Source: Planctomycetota bacterium
GTDB lineage: Bacteria; Planctomycetota; UBA8108; UBA1146
NCBI GenBank assembly: GCA_018694835.1
Contig: JABHOG010000126.1
Location: forward strand, 1,765 to 65,764
Reading direction: 5' to 3'
DNA length: 64,000 nt
How positions within the stretch are numbered: the stretch's first letter is position 1; each line of letters opens with the position of its first letter. Made by a program: the position numbers and the translations under genes. The notes beneath the pieces were generated by a model. It searched no databases. It was not told the DNA's origin and worked only from the letters and a program-made list of their open reading frames with translations. Positions 9,483-19,781 of the stretch are shown here, piece by piece.

Positions 9483-10960
9483 AGAATCGTGCGGTCGGGA
9501 TGATCTTTCCGTTGCTTCCAGTGTTGATCGGTTTCTACATCCCGATCGTCATGGTCGCAATCGAGGATCAAGTCTTCTCTCCGGAGTCGGAGACTTCAAT
9601 CGTGGCAGCTGCCGATTTGCTAGTGGTGCTGTCGACCATCAGGATCGTGGCGATGGCTGCATTGCTTGCGACACTGATCGGACTCGTCGATGCCATTCTG
9701 CTGGCGGGAACACGTGGTCCGCTGCGAGGCTTCATCCTGATCCTGTTACTGTCCTCCTTCTTGATCCCTCCGGCAGCTCTGGCTTCTGCAGTTCAGGCTT
9801 GCGTCGGTGCCTCGACCTTGCGAGCGACAGTTCGCGATGAGTTCGGAGCGGTTCTGATGCTTTCCTTGCGCTGGGCACCGGTTGCGGCAGCGATATTACT
9901 GGCCGCGGTATCGATGTGGCCTCGTGCCGAGGAGAGAGCGCTGCGCTCACTGCCTCCCGGAGTGGCTCTGGTCGCTCGTCTGCGCGGATTACGACCGGCG
10001 GCGTTCAGGTGTGCCGGACTGCTCCTGTTGTTATTGTTGCCGGCCGCAGAGTTGCCCTCCTACGCAGGAGTTGAAACGGTCTCCCAGCGAATCCTCGCCC
10101 GCTTGACTGTCGGGGATGCGGCAGAAGGTTGGAGACTGGCGATGGTGATGATGACGCTGCTGGTCCCAGCGATTTACTTCCTCACCTCATCGGGCGACGA
10201 GCCTGCAAGGGCAGGCCACCTCAATCAAGTGCATGGATTACCGCGGTTACCGTGGGCAAATCGGTTCCTGTTTCTTCGGGTGTTGCCGGCGGTGGCACTG
10301 ATATTGGTACTGTTCTACACCGCCTGGCCTCGTGCCAGTGAAGTAGTGATTGCAGGGAAAGAGCTGGTCGATGCGGTGTCTTCAATCGGGCTAGAATTGC
10401 CTCGTGCGCTGCTGGCCTCGGTCGTGGCGATCTTGTGTGGCTGGCGACTGGCGGATGGGGGCCATCGCATCGGCCTGTTGTTGCTCTGCCTGCCGACGAT
10501 GTTGCCGGGAAGCCTGGGTGCCATCGCCGTGGCCAGAATCTATCGACCGTTTCTTCCATGGTGGCTCGATGATCTACCCTTCCTGCTGACCCTCACTCAA
10601 ATGTGCAAACTGGGTGCGCTCGCTGCAGCGGGTGGTTTCGTGGCGACCTGTGTCCTGCCTGCTTCGGAACGAGTGGCCGCACACTTGCTCTCGCCGACGG
10701 TGGCACGCTGGAGAATTCGCCTGCCGCGGGCGCTACCGGTGTTGATTCCGGCGGTTGGAATCGGTGTCGCCTTGGTACTGGGCGAGGTGGAGGCGACGTT
10801 ATTGCTCGCCCCGCCGGGCCATCCATCCACCGCCCTTGAACTTCATCAGATGATGCACTTTCGCAATGATGAGCAGGCGGCGAGGCTGGCGCTGGTGCTG
10901 GCGATGCTGGGCGCAACCCTGGCACTGATGGTCGGCCGTTGCTGGAAGAGGGGAGACTGA
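9479..10960 (+). CDS. ABC transporter permease (two-domain, FbpB-like)
   Basis: 493 aa, strongly hydrophobic with ~12 predicted TM helices. Start overlaps the binding-protein stop. Confidence 0.65.
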   Translation: MKNRAVGMIFPLLPVLIGFYIPIVMVAIEDQVFSPESETSIVAAADLLVVLSTIRIVAMAALLATLIGLVDAILLAGTRGPLRGFILILLLSSFLIPPAALASAVQACVGASTLRATVRDEFGAVLMLSLRWAPVAAAILLAAVSMWPRAEERALRSLPPGVALVARLRGLRPAAFRCAGLLLLLLLPAAELPSYAGVETVSQRILARLTVGDAAEGWRLAMVMMTLLVPAIYFLTSSGDEPARAGHLNQVHGLPRLPWANRFLFLRVLPAVALILVLFYTAWPRASEVVIAGKELVDAVSSIGLELPRALLASVVAILCGWRLADGGHRIGLLLLCLPTMLPGSLGAIAVARIYRPFLPWWLDDLPFLLTLTQMCKLGALAAAGGFVATCVLPASERVAAHLLSPTVARWRIRLPRALPVLIPAVGIGVALVLGEVEATLLLAPPGHPSTALELHQMMHFRNDEQAARLALVLAMLGATLALMVGRCWKRGD

Positions 10961-11586
10961 TGGCGCACCGAGAACTCGCGCTGGACCTGGATCAATGCGT
11001 GGTCACCCGCGGGATTGCGGTGATCGGGCCGGTGTCGTTGCAACTGGAGGTGGGGGAGCAACTGGCCCTGACCGGTCCCAATGGCGCCGGCAAGAGCAGT
11101 CTCTTGCTGGCGGTTGCAGGTCTGCTGCCGATCCAGTCAGGGACCCTGAGCATCGCCGGTCAGTCGATCGCCAGCGGTGCAGATGGTGCTGAACCGTGGC
11201 AACGAGGCATCGGATGGTTGGGGCAAGAGCGGGGACTGTGGCCACATCTGAGCATCGAGGCGCAATGTCGACTTGTCGGTGGAAAGAAGCGCGAACTTGA
11301 GCCACGGATCGCAGCCCTGGCAGAGCAACTGGCCATCTCCGATCGGCTCCATCGATTTCCTGCCCAGTTGTCTGGTGGAGAGGCACAGCGTGCTGAATTG
11401 CTCCGGGCAGTGATCATTCCCGGGCGGTTACTGCTCCTGGATGAGCCCTTCTCTGCACAGAACCAGGATGGGCGTCAACGGATGCAAGTCTTGCTCGATC
11501 TACTGTGTACCGAAGGCAGTTCGGTACTGATGGCTTCTCATGAAGTGCCGGAGGATTGGGCATCCTGCTCGATCGGATCGAACTAG
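10939..11586 (+). CDS. ABC transporter ATP-binding protein
   Basis: Walker A GPNGAGKSS, signature LSGGEAQRAELLRA, Walker B LLLLDEPFS. Confidence 0.8.
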   Translation: MLEEGRLMAHRELALDLDQCVVTRGIAVIGPVSLQLEVGEQLALTGPNGAGKSSLLLAVAGLLPIQSGTLSIAGQSIASGADGAEPWQRGIGWLGQERGLWPHLSIEAQCRLVGGKKRELEPRIAALAEQLAISDRLHRFPAQLSGGEAQRAELLRAVIIPGRLLLLDEPFSAQNQDGRQRMQVLLDLLCTEGSSVLMASHEVPEDWASCSIGSN

Positions 11587-11587
11587 A

Positions 11588-12334
11588 TCAGTCGCTGGGA
11601 TGGTCCGCTGATTTTTCGAATCGCCCATCGACCATGGCGAGCCTGCGGTCTGCCCGGGAGGCCAGGTCTGGATCGTGGGTCACGACCAGGATCGATGTGC
11701 CAAGATCCTCGTGCAACTGACGCAAGAGGGTGTGGATCTTCTCACTGGTGCTGGAGTCGAGATTTCCGGTGGGCTCATCGCAGAGCAATAGCCGCGGATT
11801 ATTGATGAGGGCCCTGGCGATCGCCACTCTCTGGCGTTCACCTCCGGAAAGAGTGCCAGGAGCTTGCTCTTCACGGCCGGCGAGTCCCACCGTTTCGAGC
11901 AAGGTGCGCGCTTTCGCTTCGATCTGCGGCTTGCGCTGCTTCCAATCGCTTTTCGGTGTTCCGACGATGGCCGGAAGCATGACATTTTCGAGCACGTCGA
12001 GATCGGACAGCAGGTGAAAGAACTGAAAGACGAAGCCGATGAACTGATTTCGAAGGCCACAGCGCTGCGGCTCGCTCAGTCCTGGGGATTGCCATGTTTG
12101 ACCACCGCTGCGATAGGTGATCTGTCCCGAGGACGGGGTGTCGAGCAGGCCGAGGCAGTGCAGCAAGGTGCTCTTCCCCACTCCGCTGAGGCCGACGATG
12201 GCCACCATCTCCGCCTCGTGAATGTCGAGATCGAGATGGCGAAGCACCTCGAGAGAGCGGTCCCCGGGAAGGGAGAACTCCCGGCACAGATCTCGGGCAC
12301 TGAGGACCGGTAGAGCTGGCTGGAGGTCATTCAT
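11588..12334 (-). CDS. lipoprotein-releasing system ATP-binding protein LolD-like
   Basis: GLSGVGKSTLLH, LSGGERQRVAIARAL, LLLCDEPTGNLD. Start set at internal Met (MNDLQP) at 12334, overlapping the upstream permease stop by 8 nt. Confidence 0.8.
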   Translation of the reverse strand: MNDLQPALPVLSARDLCREFSLPGDRSLEVLRHLDLDIHEAEMVAIVGLSGVGKSTLLHCLGLLDTPSSGQITYRSGGQTWQSPGLSEPQRCGLRNQFIGFVFQFFHLLSDLDVLENVMLPAIVGTPKSDWKQRKPQIEAKARTLLETVGLAGREEQAPGTLSGGERQRVAIARALINNPRLLLCDEPTGNLDSSTSEKIHTLLRQLHEDLGTSILVVTHDPDLASRADRRLAMVDGRFEKSADHPSD

Positions 12335-13802
12335 GATGCAGCGCCTTGATCGGATCTCTTCTTCCGGCCCACAGCGCCGGCAACAGGCTGCCGAAGAAAC
12401 CGAAGATGAGGGTTGGTGCACAGACCAGTACCATGTCTTGCCAGCGTAGGTGCGCAGGAATTTGTTCGAGGTAGTAGATGTCGGGTGGAAACAGCCTCAG
12501 TCCTGTGGCTCGGTAGATCGATTCATGGATCTCGTTGATGTTCTCTGTCAGTAACCAGCCGCCGAACAGGCCGATGGCTGCTCCGGTGATGCAGAGAAAC
12601 ATCCCCTGCTTCAACACCAGCCGGACGACTCCGCTACGAGTGGCGCCGAGTGCGCGTAGAACTCCGAGATCGCGGTTCTTCTCGATCACCAACAGCATCA
12701 GGATGAGAAAGATCATGGCGGCGGCGAAGGCGACGATCAGCAGCATCATCGCGGCGATGATGCGCTTTTCGATTTCGACTGCCTGGAGCAGATTTTCGCG
12801 CTGATTTTCCCAGGTCTTGATCTCCAGCGATCGCCATGGGATCGCATCTTCCTCGGTCGGGTCGAGATCCATTCTGCGGGAGATCTCCTGATGGATCTGG
12901 TCCTTGATCTGGGATGCCTGGGAGTAATCTGCCAATCGCAGGGAGATCCCCGTGATGCGCATGTCCTGTGCTTCTTCATCCCACAGGTCGAGGAGTTGCT
13001 GAAGTGCACGGATATCGGAGTAGGCCCAGCGCTGATCCTGCTCGTAGACCCCGGACTGGAAGGCACCAACCACGATGAACTTACCGATCCTGGGTTCGTA
13101 GGAGACTGGCGAGTAGGTCGAGAGTTGAACGATATCACCCAGGGCCACTCGTCCGCTGCGTAGCGCTTCGATTCCGACCACCAACCCCTGGGGGGGGGCT
13201 TCCTCAGCGAATCCCACGCCGGCATCGCCGCGCAAGTTCCATCGCAGCATCTGGCGGCGACGCTCGAGCGAGAATACATCCGCCACCCTCTGGGGATCTG
13301 GCGGTGGCCGATCTTCGGGGAGCATCCGGAACGGGTCTGCTTGTAGCTGTTCAATCTCATCGTCGCTGAGTAGGTAGAGATCGAAATCGGAGACCTCGGG
13401 TTCTGTCGATGGGTCGATGCCGCGCAGGATGCAGTAGTCGAGTACGGTGGACTTGTAGATGGCGAGGGTTTCGATGAAGGGGCTGGCAGCCTCGACTCCC
13501 TCCGTCTGGCGAGCGGCCTGCAGTAGCGGATCCTCTCCGACCAGCAAGCGCATGGCGCTCCCCTTCACCACCAGGTGCGAGAGGCTACCGCGGATGCGCT
13601 CCTTCATCTCGAGTTTGAAACCCTCCATCACCGCCAGCACCGAGATCAACGAGAAGACCCCGAGCGCGACCGCCACCGTTGCGGCCCACGGCGCCCAGCG
13701 TCGTTTCAAGTAGCGTCTTGAGAGAAAGGTCTGGTATTGCAATGGTCGACTCCAGGAACTCGGGATCCTCTTCGATCTACCCTCCGGAGCGGGGGTATGC
13801 AA
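12327..13802 (-). CDS. ABC transporter permease, LolC/LolE family (FtsX-like)
   Basis: 491 aa; N-terminal TM, large periplasmic domain, C-terminal FtsX 3-TM module (LGVLRALGATRSGVVRLVLKQG). Immediately upstream of LolD-like. Confidence 0.75.
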   Translation of the reverse strand: MHTPAPEGRSKRIPSSWSRPLQYQTFLSRRYLKRRWAPWAATVAVALGVFSLISVLAVMEGFKLEMKERIRGSLSHLVVKGSAMRLLVGEDPLLQAARQTEGVEAASPFIETLAIYKSTVLDYCILRGIDPSTEPEVSDFDLYLLSDDEIEQLQADPFRMLPEDRPPPDPQRVADVFSLERRRQMLRWNLRGDAGVGFAEEAPPQGLVVGIEALRSGRVALGDIVQLSTYSPVSYEPRIGKFIVVGAFQSGVYEQDQRWAYSDIRALQQLLDLWDEEAQDMRITGISLRLADYSQASQIKDQIHQEISRRMDLDPTEEDAIPWRSLEIKTWENQRENLLQAVEIEKRIIAAMMLLIVAFAAAMIFLILMLLVIEKNRDLGVLRALGATRSGVVRLVLKQGMFLCITGAAIGLFGGWLLTENINEIHESIYRATGLRLFPPDIYYLEQIPAHLRWQDMVLVCAPTLIFGFFGSLLPALWAGRRDPIKALHHE

Positions 13803-14143
13803 GGAGTGATCCGACCACTATTGAAATACACAAAGTCTTCTTGATAAAGGAGTTGGATGGCATTTGGTGGATTACTTTCTCACTCCAGAATCGCTACAGA
13901 GTGGAGCGCGTCCCGGGTAGTATACAGATGGTTCGCAAGGGGAATCCTGGGACCCGATGACATCGTTTGTCGGGGGCCCACGGTAAGAAAATTGATCCAA
14001 TCCTGGGGTAGAGACCCTCCTGGCCCCAGTGGGGATTCCGAATGCCGCCGCCACATCGGTGGCCCTGAGCCAGGAAACGCAGCCAGACCCTGTCATGGAG
14101 GCTGCCGGGAGCCAACTCTGAGTATGAAATCCGAGGTGCAAAA

Positions 14144-15232
14144 TTGAAGATTCGTCAGATTCCCGTCGATGGCTACGAAACCGTCGTGGTCGCAGAGGAC
14201 TCCGCATCCCAATTACACGCTCTCATCGCCATCCATGATACGACGCTGGGGCCGGCCCTCGGCGGATTGCGGATGTGGAATTATTCCAGCGAAGAAGAGG
14301 CACTCACCGATGTGCTGAGGCTCGCTCGCGGTATGACCTACAAGAGTGCTTGTGCCAATACCGGGCTCGGTGGCGGCAAGGCGGTCATTATTGGTGATCG
14401 AGAAACCGATCTTACCGAGGAGCGCTTTCGAGCGATGGGTCGATTCATCGAGACCCTCGAAGGTCGGTACATCACCGCAGAAGATGTGGGAATCGGCATC
14501 CGGGAACTGGAGTGGTTACGCGAGGAAACCAGGCATGTTACTGGACTTTCACGGGCTTCTGGTTCGAGCGGTAATCCCTCTCCCTTCACGGCACGTGGCG
14601 TGATCCGGGGTCTGTTCGCCTGTGCAGAGGAGCGTTTCGGAACCAGTCATCTCGATCGACTTCGTTATTCGGTTCAGGGACTGGGTCAGGTCGGTGGCGA
14701 TGTGGTTCGCTGCCTCTCGATGCTGGGTGCGACCGTGACTGTCTCGGACATCAACGACGAACGTTGCGAAGAGTATGCCGCTCTTCCGGGTGTCGAAGTG
14801 GTGCCTCTGGATGATATCTATTCGGTCGATTGTGACGTCTTCATGCCATGTGCACTGGGAGGTGTTCTCAATGACGACACGATCCCGTTACTGAAGGCAC
14901 AGGTCGTGGCAGGATGTGCTAATAACCAGCTGCTGAGAAGCGAACATGCGGATGCCCTGTATGCACGGGGAATTCTCTATGCCCCCGATTTCATCATCAA
15001 TGCGGGGGGAATCATCAATGTGTCGGTGGAAGTCAGGGAGCAGGGTTACAACGAGCGTACTGCAGTCCGCAAGATTGAAAACATCTACGACGGATTGCGT
15101 GAGGTTTTTGAAAAATCACGCCGTGAGAATCTGACTCCCGCAAAGGCCGCAGATCGTGTTGCAGAGTTCCGTCTTGAACAGGCGAGAAACCGCAACGGAC
15201 ATCATGTCGCAGATGGGGCTCCGAACTCCTGA
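14144..15232 (+). CDS. Glu/Leu/Phe/Val dehydrogenase family (leucine dehydrogenase-like)
   Basis: 362 aa; catalytic lysine motif KSACANTGLGGGKAVI, NAD-binding VQGLGQVGGDV. Confidence 0.85.
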   Translation: MKIRQIPVDGYETVVVAEDSASQLHALIAIHDTTLGPALGGLRMWNYSSEEEALTDVLRLARGMTYKSACANTGLGGGKAVIIGDRETDLTEERFRAMGRFIETLEGRYITAEDVGIGIRELEWLREETRHVTGLSRASGSSGNPSPFTARGVIRGLFACAEERFGTSHLDRLRYSVQGLGQVGGDVVRCLSMLGATVTVSDINDERCEEYAALPGVEVVPLDDIYSVDCDVFMPCALGGVLNDDTIPLLKAQVVAGCANNQLLRSEHADALYARGILYAPDFIINAGGIINVSVEVREQGYNERTAVRKIENIYDGLREVFEKSRRENLTPAKAADRVAEFRLEQARNRNGHHVADGAPNS

Positions 15233-15606
15233 TGGCCATTTCTGGGCCTGCTGGACAACGATTGCCATCGCGCAGTCGGATTCGGGCCAAGGTGGATTTT
15301 CAACGAGTGTTTGCTCGAGGGAAGCGCCGAAGGACTGATCATCTACAGGCTGTGATCCATCCCACTGGGGCAGAGTGGTCACGCATCGGACTTGCGGTCA
15401 GTCGTAAGGTCGGAAACGCAGTGGTCCGAAATAGACTCAAGCGACGTCTTCGGGAAATCTTTCGTATTCATCGAGACCAGGCTCCCGAGATGCGAGACAT
15501 CATCTTCATCCCACGTCCCGGCTGTGCTGCCATCTCCTATCAGGATCTGACGAAGGAGGCGCGGCAGTTGATCGGGATCTCGGTACAGGATCGAGTTCGT
15601 GGATGA
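15232..15606 (+). CDS. rnpA: ribonuclease P protein component
   Basis: 124 aa, basic, RnpA motifs (RVGLAVSRKVGNAVVRNRLKRRLRE). Start ATG overlaps the dehydrogenase stop (TGATG). Confidence 0.85.
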   Translation: MAISGPAGQRLPSRSRIRAKVDFQRVFARGKRRRTDHLQAVIHPTGAEWSRIGLAVSRKVGNAVVRNRLKRRLREIFRIHRDQAPEMRDIIFIPRPGCAAISYQDLTKEARQLIGISVQDRVRG

Positions 15607-15896
15607 GCGAACCGATGGGAGACGATTCCCTTCGTCAGCGACTCAGCGATGGCATCGGCGTGCGCTTTCTTCAGGGCTGCATCCGGATCTACCAGCGCGG
15701 CATCTCTCCGTGGCTTCCGCCGATGTGCCGTTTCCAACCGAGTTGTAGTGAATTCGGTATCGAGGCACTGCAACGACACGGTGCCTGGCGGGGCATCTAC
15801 TTGACCACTGCCCGACTGCTGCGCTGCAATCCCTTCAGCAGGGGCGGTCATGATCCGGTTCCGGGGTGTCCACACGATTCGCCGCCTACCGATTGA
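15603..15896 (+). CDS. yidD: membrane protein insertion efficiency factor YidD
   Basis: YidD signature (IRIYQRGISPW...CRFQPSCSEF...RCNPF). Confidence 0.85.
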   Translation: MSEPMGDDSLRQRLSDGIGVRFLQGCIRIYQRGISPWLPPMCRFQPSCSEFGIEALQRHGAWRGIYLTTARLLRCNPFSRGGHDPVPGCPHDSPPTD

Positions 15897-15969
15897 TGGG
15901 GACTGACAGCGCGTCGGGGCCATCTGCTGGTGGCCATCTACTGTTGCAGGATACTTTATAAAGTGTAAA

Positions 15970-16287
15970 GTGCATCTCTGGCAGGGATCCCTGGCGCCAC
16001 AGGGGGCTGGTGGACGGGGAGTATTGACCTTGGTGGAGGCACTCGTGGGGAAAATCCCACCCAAACTTTTCAAGATCGGCGAGGTGATGGCGCACACAGG
16101 CATCTCACGCCAAACGATTCACGACTACACTGTAGGGGGCTTCATCGATGAAGATGCCCGTACTCCTGCGGGGCACCGATTGTATGGTGGCTGGGTGTTC
16201 GAGAGACTGGATCGGATCCGACAGCTGCAGCAAGAGGGGCATTCCCTCAAGACCATCAAGACGATGATTGATGAGGAAACGATCTGA
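15970..16287 (+). CDS. MerR-family HTH transcriptional regulator
   Basis: MerR-type HTH (KLFKIGEVMAHTGISRQTIHDY) followed by a short helical region; start position uncertain. Confidence 0.55.
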   Translation: MHLWQGSLAPQGAGGRGVLTLVEALVGKIPPKLFKIGEVMAHTGISRQTIHDYTVGGFIDEDARTPAGHRLYGGWVFERLDRIRQLQQEGHSLKTIKTMIDEETI

Positions 16288-16374
16288 CCTGATTCGAGTC
16301 TTTCCACGCTCGACACCGAAGATGCCATATACCCGCTTCAGTGGATCCCATTCCGGGGAACTAGCGAAAGGAAC

Positions 16375-16764
16375 ATGACGATGAACCACCAGCCCGCCGC
16401 GTCACAGCGGTTACTCCAAGCGCTCCAGGATCAGGCCGAAATCTACGAGCAACTGCTGGAACGATGCGACGACCCCACGATTCTCCCCGAAGAACTGGCT
16501 CAATTGGCCGAAGACTCGCAGCAGAAAGCCCATCAGATCGGCGAACAGGTCACCGATGTGGTCGCTTCGTGGTGTGAGATTTCCGCAGGACTGGAGCCAG
16601 CAATCCGCAAGGAAATTATCGCCGCTCGATCGAAGGTTCACGATTTCATCTATCAGATCCTCGACCGCCACCAATCGCTCCTCGGGAAGTTCGAAACTGG
16701 TGGCGGCGGTGCGCTGCGTCAGGAGTCCGATCTGCTGCAGAAAGAGTCGATAGAGGTGTCCTGA
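16375..16764 (+). CDS. hypothetical acidic helical protein
   Basis: 129-aa ORF with high-GC codon bias and AGGAAC upstream of the ATG; no recognisable family. Confidence 0.4.
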   Translation: MTMNHQPAASQRLLQALQDQAEIYEQLLERCDDPTILPEELAQLAEDSQQKAHQIGEQVTDVVASWCEISAGLEPAIRKEIIAARSKVHDFIYQILDRHQSLLGKFETGGGGALRQESDLLQKESIEVS

Positions 16765-16880
16765 GGTCGGGGCTATACCCCACCTCCTGTGATATGATCC
16801 GCAGGTGATACGGTCAAATCGTCTGGAGAAATCTGCGCTCAATTGCGGTGCTACCGCAGGGCCAGTAGAGGAGCGCTGAA

Positions 16881-19751
16881 ATGTCAGATGAGGATTCTCT
16901 CTGGGACTCGATGGGTAAGGTCGGATTCAAGAGTGCCGCGACCAACTCGGCGGAAGCGGAAGATCTGTCAAGGATCCCCGATCGTGGTGATCTCCACCAG
17001 CATCCCTATGCTTCATTTCTGCATAGTCTGCAAAAGCCTGGGCGATACACCGGTGGTGAACTCCACTCGGTCAAAAAGGTCGATGCACACCTCTCCTTCT
17101 TGCTAGCCTTTCCGGATGTCTACGAGATCGGCATGAGCCATCTGGGTTTCAAGATCCTCTACACGCATCTCAATTCTCTCGATGGTGTCAGAGCTGAGCG
17201 AGTTTATGCGCCGTGGATCGACTGCGAGAAGGAACTGGTTGAACGCGAGGTTCCCCTGGTCAGCATCGAATCCTGGCAGCCGATGTCTGAATTCGATGTG
17301 GTGGGCTTCTCATTGCAGTACGAACTCACATTCACCAATGTGTTGACGATGTTGGACCTCGGAGGACTTCCGATTCGCTCCGAAGATCGTGATGACGATT
17401 GTCCTCTGGTGATGGCGGGAGGGCCTGTCGCATTTCAGCCGGAGCCGATGAGCCCCTTCATCGATGCGTTCCTGATCGGAGATGGTGAGGGATTTTTCCA
17501 TTCGGTGGTCAAGCGGTGGAGTCAGTTGAAGAAAGAGGGAGTGCCCCGGCGCGAAAGACTCATCGAAATCAGTCAGCTAGATGGAGTCTATGTTCCATCT
17601 CTCTACAGTACCAAGGTTGAGCCGATGACCGGTGTCACGGTGGTCGATGCGCCACTCGATGAGCGGGTCCCGAAGAGCGTGAGCAGGGCGCATGTCGCGG
17701 ATCTGGGAGAATATCCCTTTCCAAGTGCTTCACCGGTTCCGAATACCGAGGTGGTTTTCGATCGTGCCAGTATCGAGGTGGCCAGAGGATGTACCGAGGG
17801 GTGTCGCTTTTGCCAGGCAGGAATGATCTATCGACCGGTCAGAGAGCGATCTCCCGAGGAGATCGTGAAGACGGTCAGGGATTCGGTTCGCTGTGGTGGC
17901 TTCGATGAGGTGTCACTGACCAGCCTTTCCACCGCAGATTACAGCGCCATCGAACCGCTGGTGAAAAAGGTGATGCCCGAATTGCGGGAGAAGAACATCT
18001 CCCTCTCGGTGTCGTCTTTGCGCGCTTACGGCCTGACCGATGCCATGCTCGATGAGATGGCCACAGTCAGAAATACGTCGCTGACCTTTGCCCCGGAAGC
18101 GGGAACTCAGCGGATGCGAGATGTGGTCAACAAGAACATCACCGAGGAAGACATCGCAAAGAGCGCGCATCGGATCTTTTCTCGTGGCTGGCGGAAGATG
18201 AAACTGTATTTCATGATCGGCCTCCCTTCCGAGGAGGAGGAGGATGTGCATGGAATTGCAGACACCGGCAAGCGGATGCTTGCCATCGCACGCGAGTACC
18301 TGCCCAAGGGAAGAGCGGGAGTGACCGTTTCGGTATCGAGTCATGTGCCCAAGCCTTTCACTCCATTCCAGTGGGCTGCGATGGACGACATTCCTGAGAT
18401 CGAACGCAAGCACACCCTGTTGAGAAAGTTGACTCGTGAGCCGGGCATGGTCTTGAGATGGCATGATCCTACTACCAGCCACATCGAAGGATTTCTCAGT
18501 CGAGGAGATCGGGTCATCGCCGAGGCGGTGGAACTGGCGTGGCGCAAGGGGTGTCGCTTTGATGGGTGGTCCGATCGACTCCGGTTCGACCTGTGGATGG
18601 AAGCGATCGAGGAACTAGAAATCGATCGCTACCGTTATTTGGGGACGATTCCGGTCGATGCACGTCTTCCCTGGGATCACATCGATTGTGGTGTCGAGCA
18701 AGATTTTCTCAAACGAGAGTACCGTCGCTCGCTGAAGGACCGTACCTCACACCCGTGCGGCAAGCCGGGTAAGCGACTGACCCACTACAACAACTTTGAA
18801 GAGGCGAGTGAGGACAAGAGAAGACTGGTTTGCTACGACTGCGGAATCGCCTGTGACCTGGGCCAGATGAAATCTGAACGGATCGACTTCCTCGACCATC
18901 TCGATGCGCACAAGGACGAGACCACGGTTTCTTCACAGCGTGATGCCGATCTGGAATCGGTCCGTGCAGCGTCAAAACTGCGTCACGAGTCGCGGGTGAA
19001 TCCGAACCAGCCACCAGTGCGCGAGGAACTGGATCGACCCAGCTACTCCTACAGGGTCCGATACGCAAAGGTCGGCTGTTCTCGTTTCATGGGTCATCTG
19101 GATCTGAACCGGATGCTACCGAGAGCGGTGCGGAGAGCTGGATATTCCCCTGCCTACTCGCAGGGTTTTCATCCGATTCCACAGATGTCGTTTGGACCGC
19201 CACTTCGGCTCGGCATGGCGGGGTTGTGTGAAGTGATGGATCTACGCCTGCAGGAGCAGGTGGATCCGAAGGTGCTGGCCGATGCACTTTCCCAACAGCT
19301 CCCCCATGGATTCGAGATCCGTTCAGTGCATTCCATCGGAGCGGCTGCACCAAAACTGTCCGCGGTCAGCAACTGGGCCGACTTCCTCATCCTCGTCTCG
19401 CAAGAGGCTGCATCTGCAGTGACTGCTGAACAATTGGTGGAGTTCTTGAATCCACACGAGATCAAGGTCGAGCGATTCAGCAAGAAGGGCAAGCGTAGAA
19501 TTGTCGACATCCGTCCCGGAGTGGCCTCGCTGGAATGGATCGATGAGGTTCCCGAGGACGCCACAGAATTACTCGAGGTGCGAGATGATGAACGGTTGCT
19601 TCAGATGAGGATCTGCCTGCAGGGAGATCACCAGTTGAAGCCGGAAGAAGTGTTGACGATGATCTTCGAGGGAGTAGTGCCGGAAGGTACCCAGGTGATC
19701 CGAAGGAGGTTGCTGCCCGCTCCAACGGTAGAACTGGTCCCCGCCCGTTGA
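16881..19751 (+). CDS. radical SAM protein fused to a DUF2344 domain (TIGR03960 + TIGR03936-like fusion)
   Basis: 956 aa; B12-binding-like N-terminal region, radical SAM motif ARGCTEGCRFCQAG, C-terminal DUF2344-like region. Clear coding signal throughout. Confidence 0.8.
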   Translation: MSDEDSLWDSMGKVGFKSAATNSAEAEDLSRIPDRGDLHQHPYASFLHSLQKPGRYTGGELHSVKKVDAHLSFLLAFPDVYEIGMSHLGFKILYTHLNSLDGVRAERVYAPWIDCEKELVEREVPLVSIESWQPMSEFDVVGFSLQYELTFTNVLTMLDLGGLPIRSEDRDDDCPLVMAGGPVAFQPEPMSPFIDAFLIGDGEGFFHSVVKRWSQLKKEGVPRRERLIEISQLDGVYVPSLYSTKVEPMTGVTVVDAPLDERVPKSVSRAHVADLGEYPFPSASPVPNTEVVFDRASIEVARGCTEGCRFCQAGMIYRPVRERSPEEIVKTVRDSVRCGGFDEVSLTSLSTADYSAIEPLVKKVMPELREKNISLSVSSLRAYGLTDAMLDEMATVRNTSLTFAPEAGTQRMRDVVNKNITEEDIAKSAHRIFSRGWRKMKLYFMIGLPSEEEEDVHGIADTGKRMLAIAREYLPKGRAGVTVSVSSHVPKPFTPFQWAAMDDIPEIERKHTLLRKLTREPGMVLRWHDPTTSHIEGFLSRGDRVIAEAVELAWRKGCRFDGWSDRLRFDLWMEAIEELEIDRYRYLGTIPVDARLPWDHIDCGVEQDFLKREYRRSLKDRTSHPCGKPGKRLTHYNNFEEASEDKRRLVCYDCGIACDLGQMKSERIDFLDHLDAHKDETTVSSQRDADLESVRAASKLRHESRVNPNQPPVREELDRPSYSYRVRYAKVGCSRFMGHLDLNRMLPRAVRRAGYSPAYSQGFHPIPQMSFGPPLRLGMAGLCEVMDLRLQEQVDPKVLADALSQQLPHGFEIRSVHSIGAAAPKLSAVSNWADFLILVSQEAASAVTAEQLVEFLNPHEIKVERFSKKGKRRIVDIRPGVASLEWIDEVPEDATELLEVRDDERLLQMRICLQGDHQLKPEEVLTMIFEGVVPEGTQVIRRRLLPAPTVELVPAR

Positions 19752-19781
19752 TGGGATCGGTGCAGGACCCGTTTGATCGGG

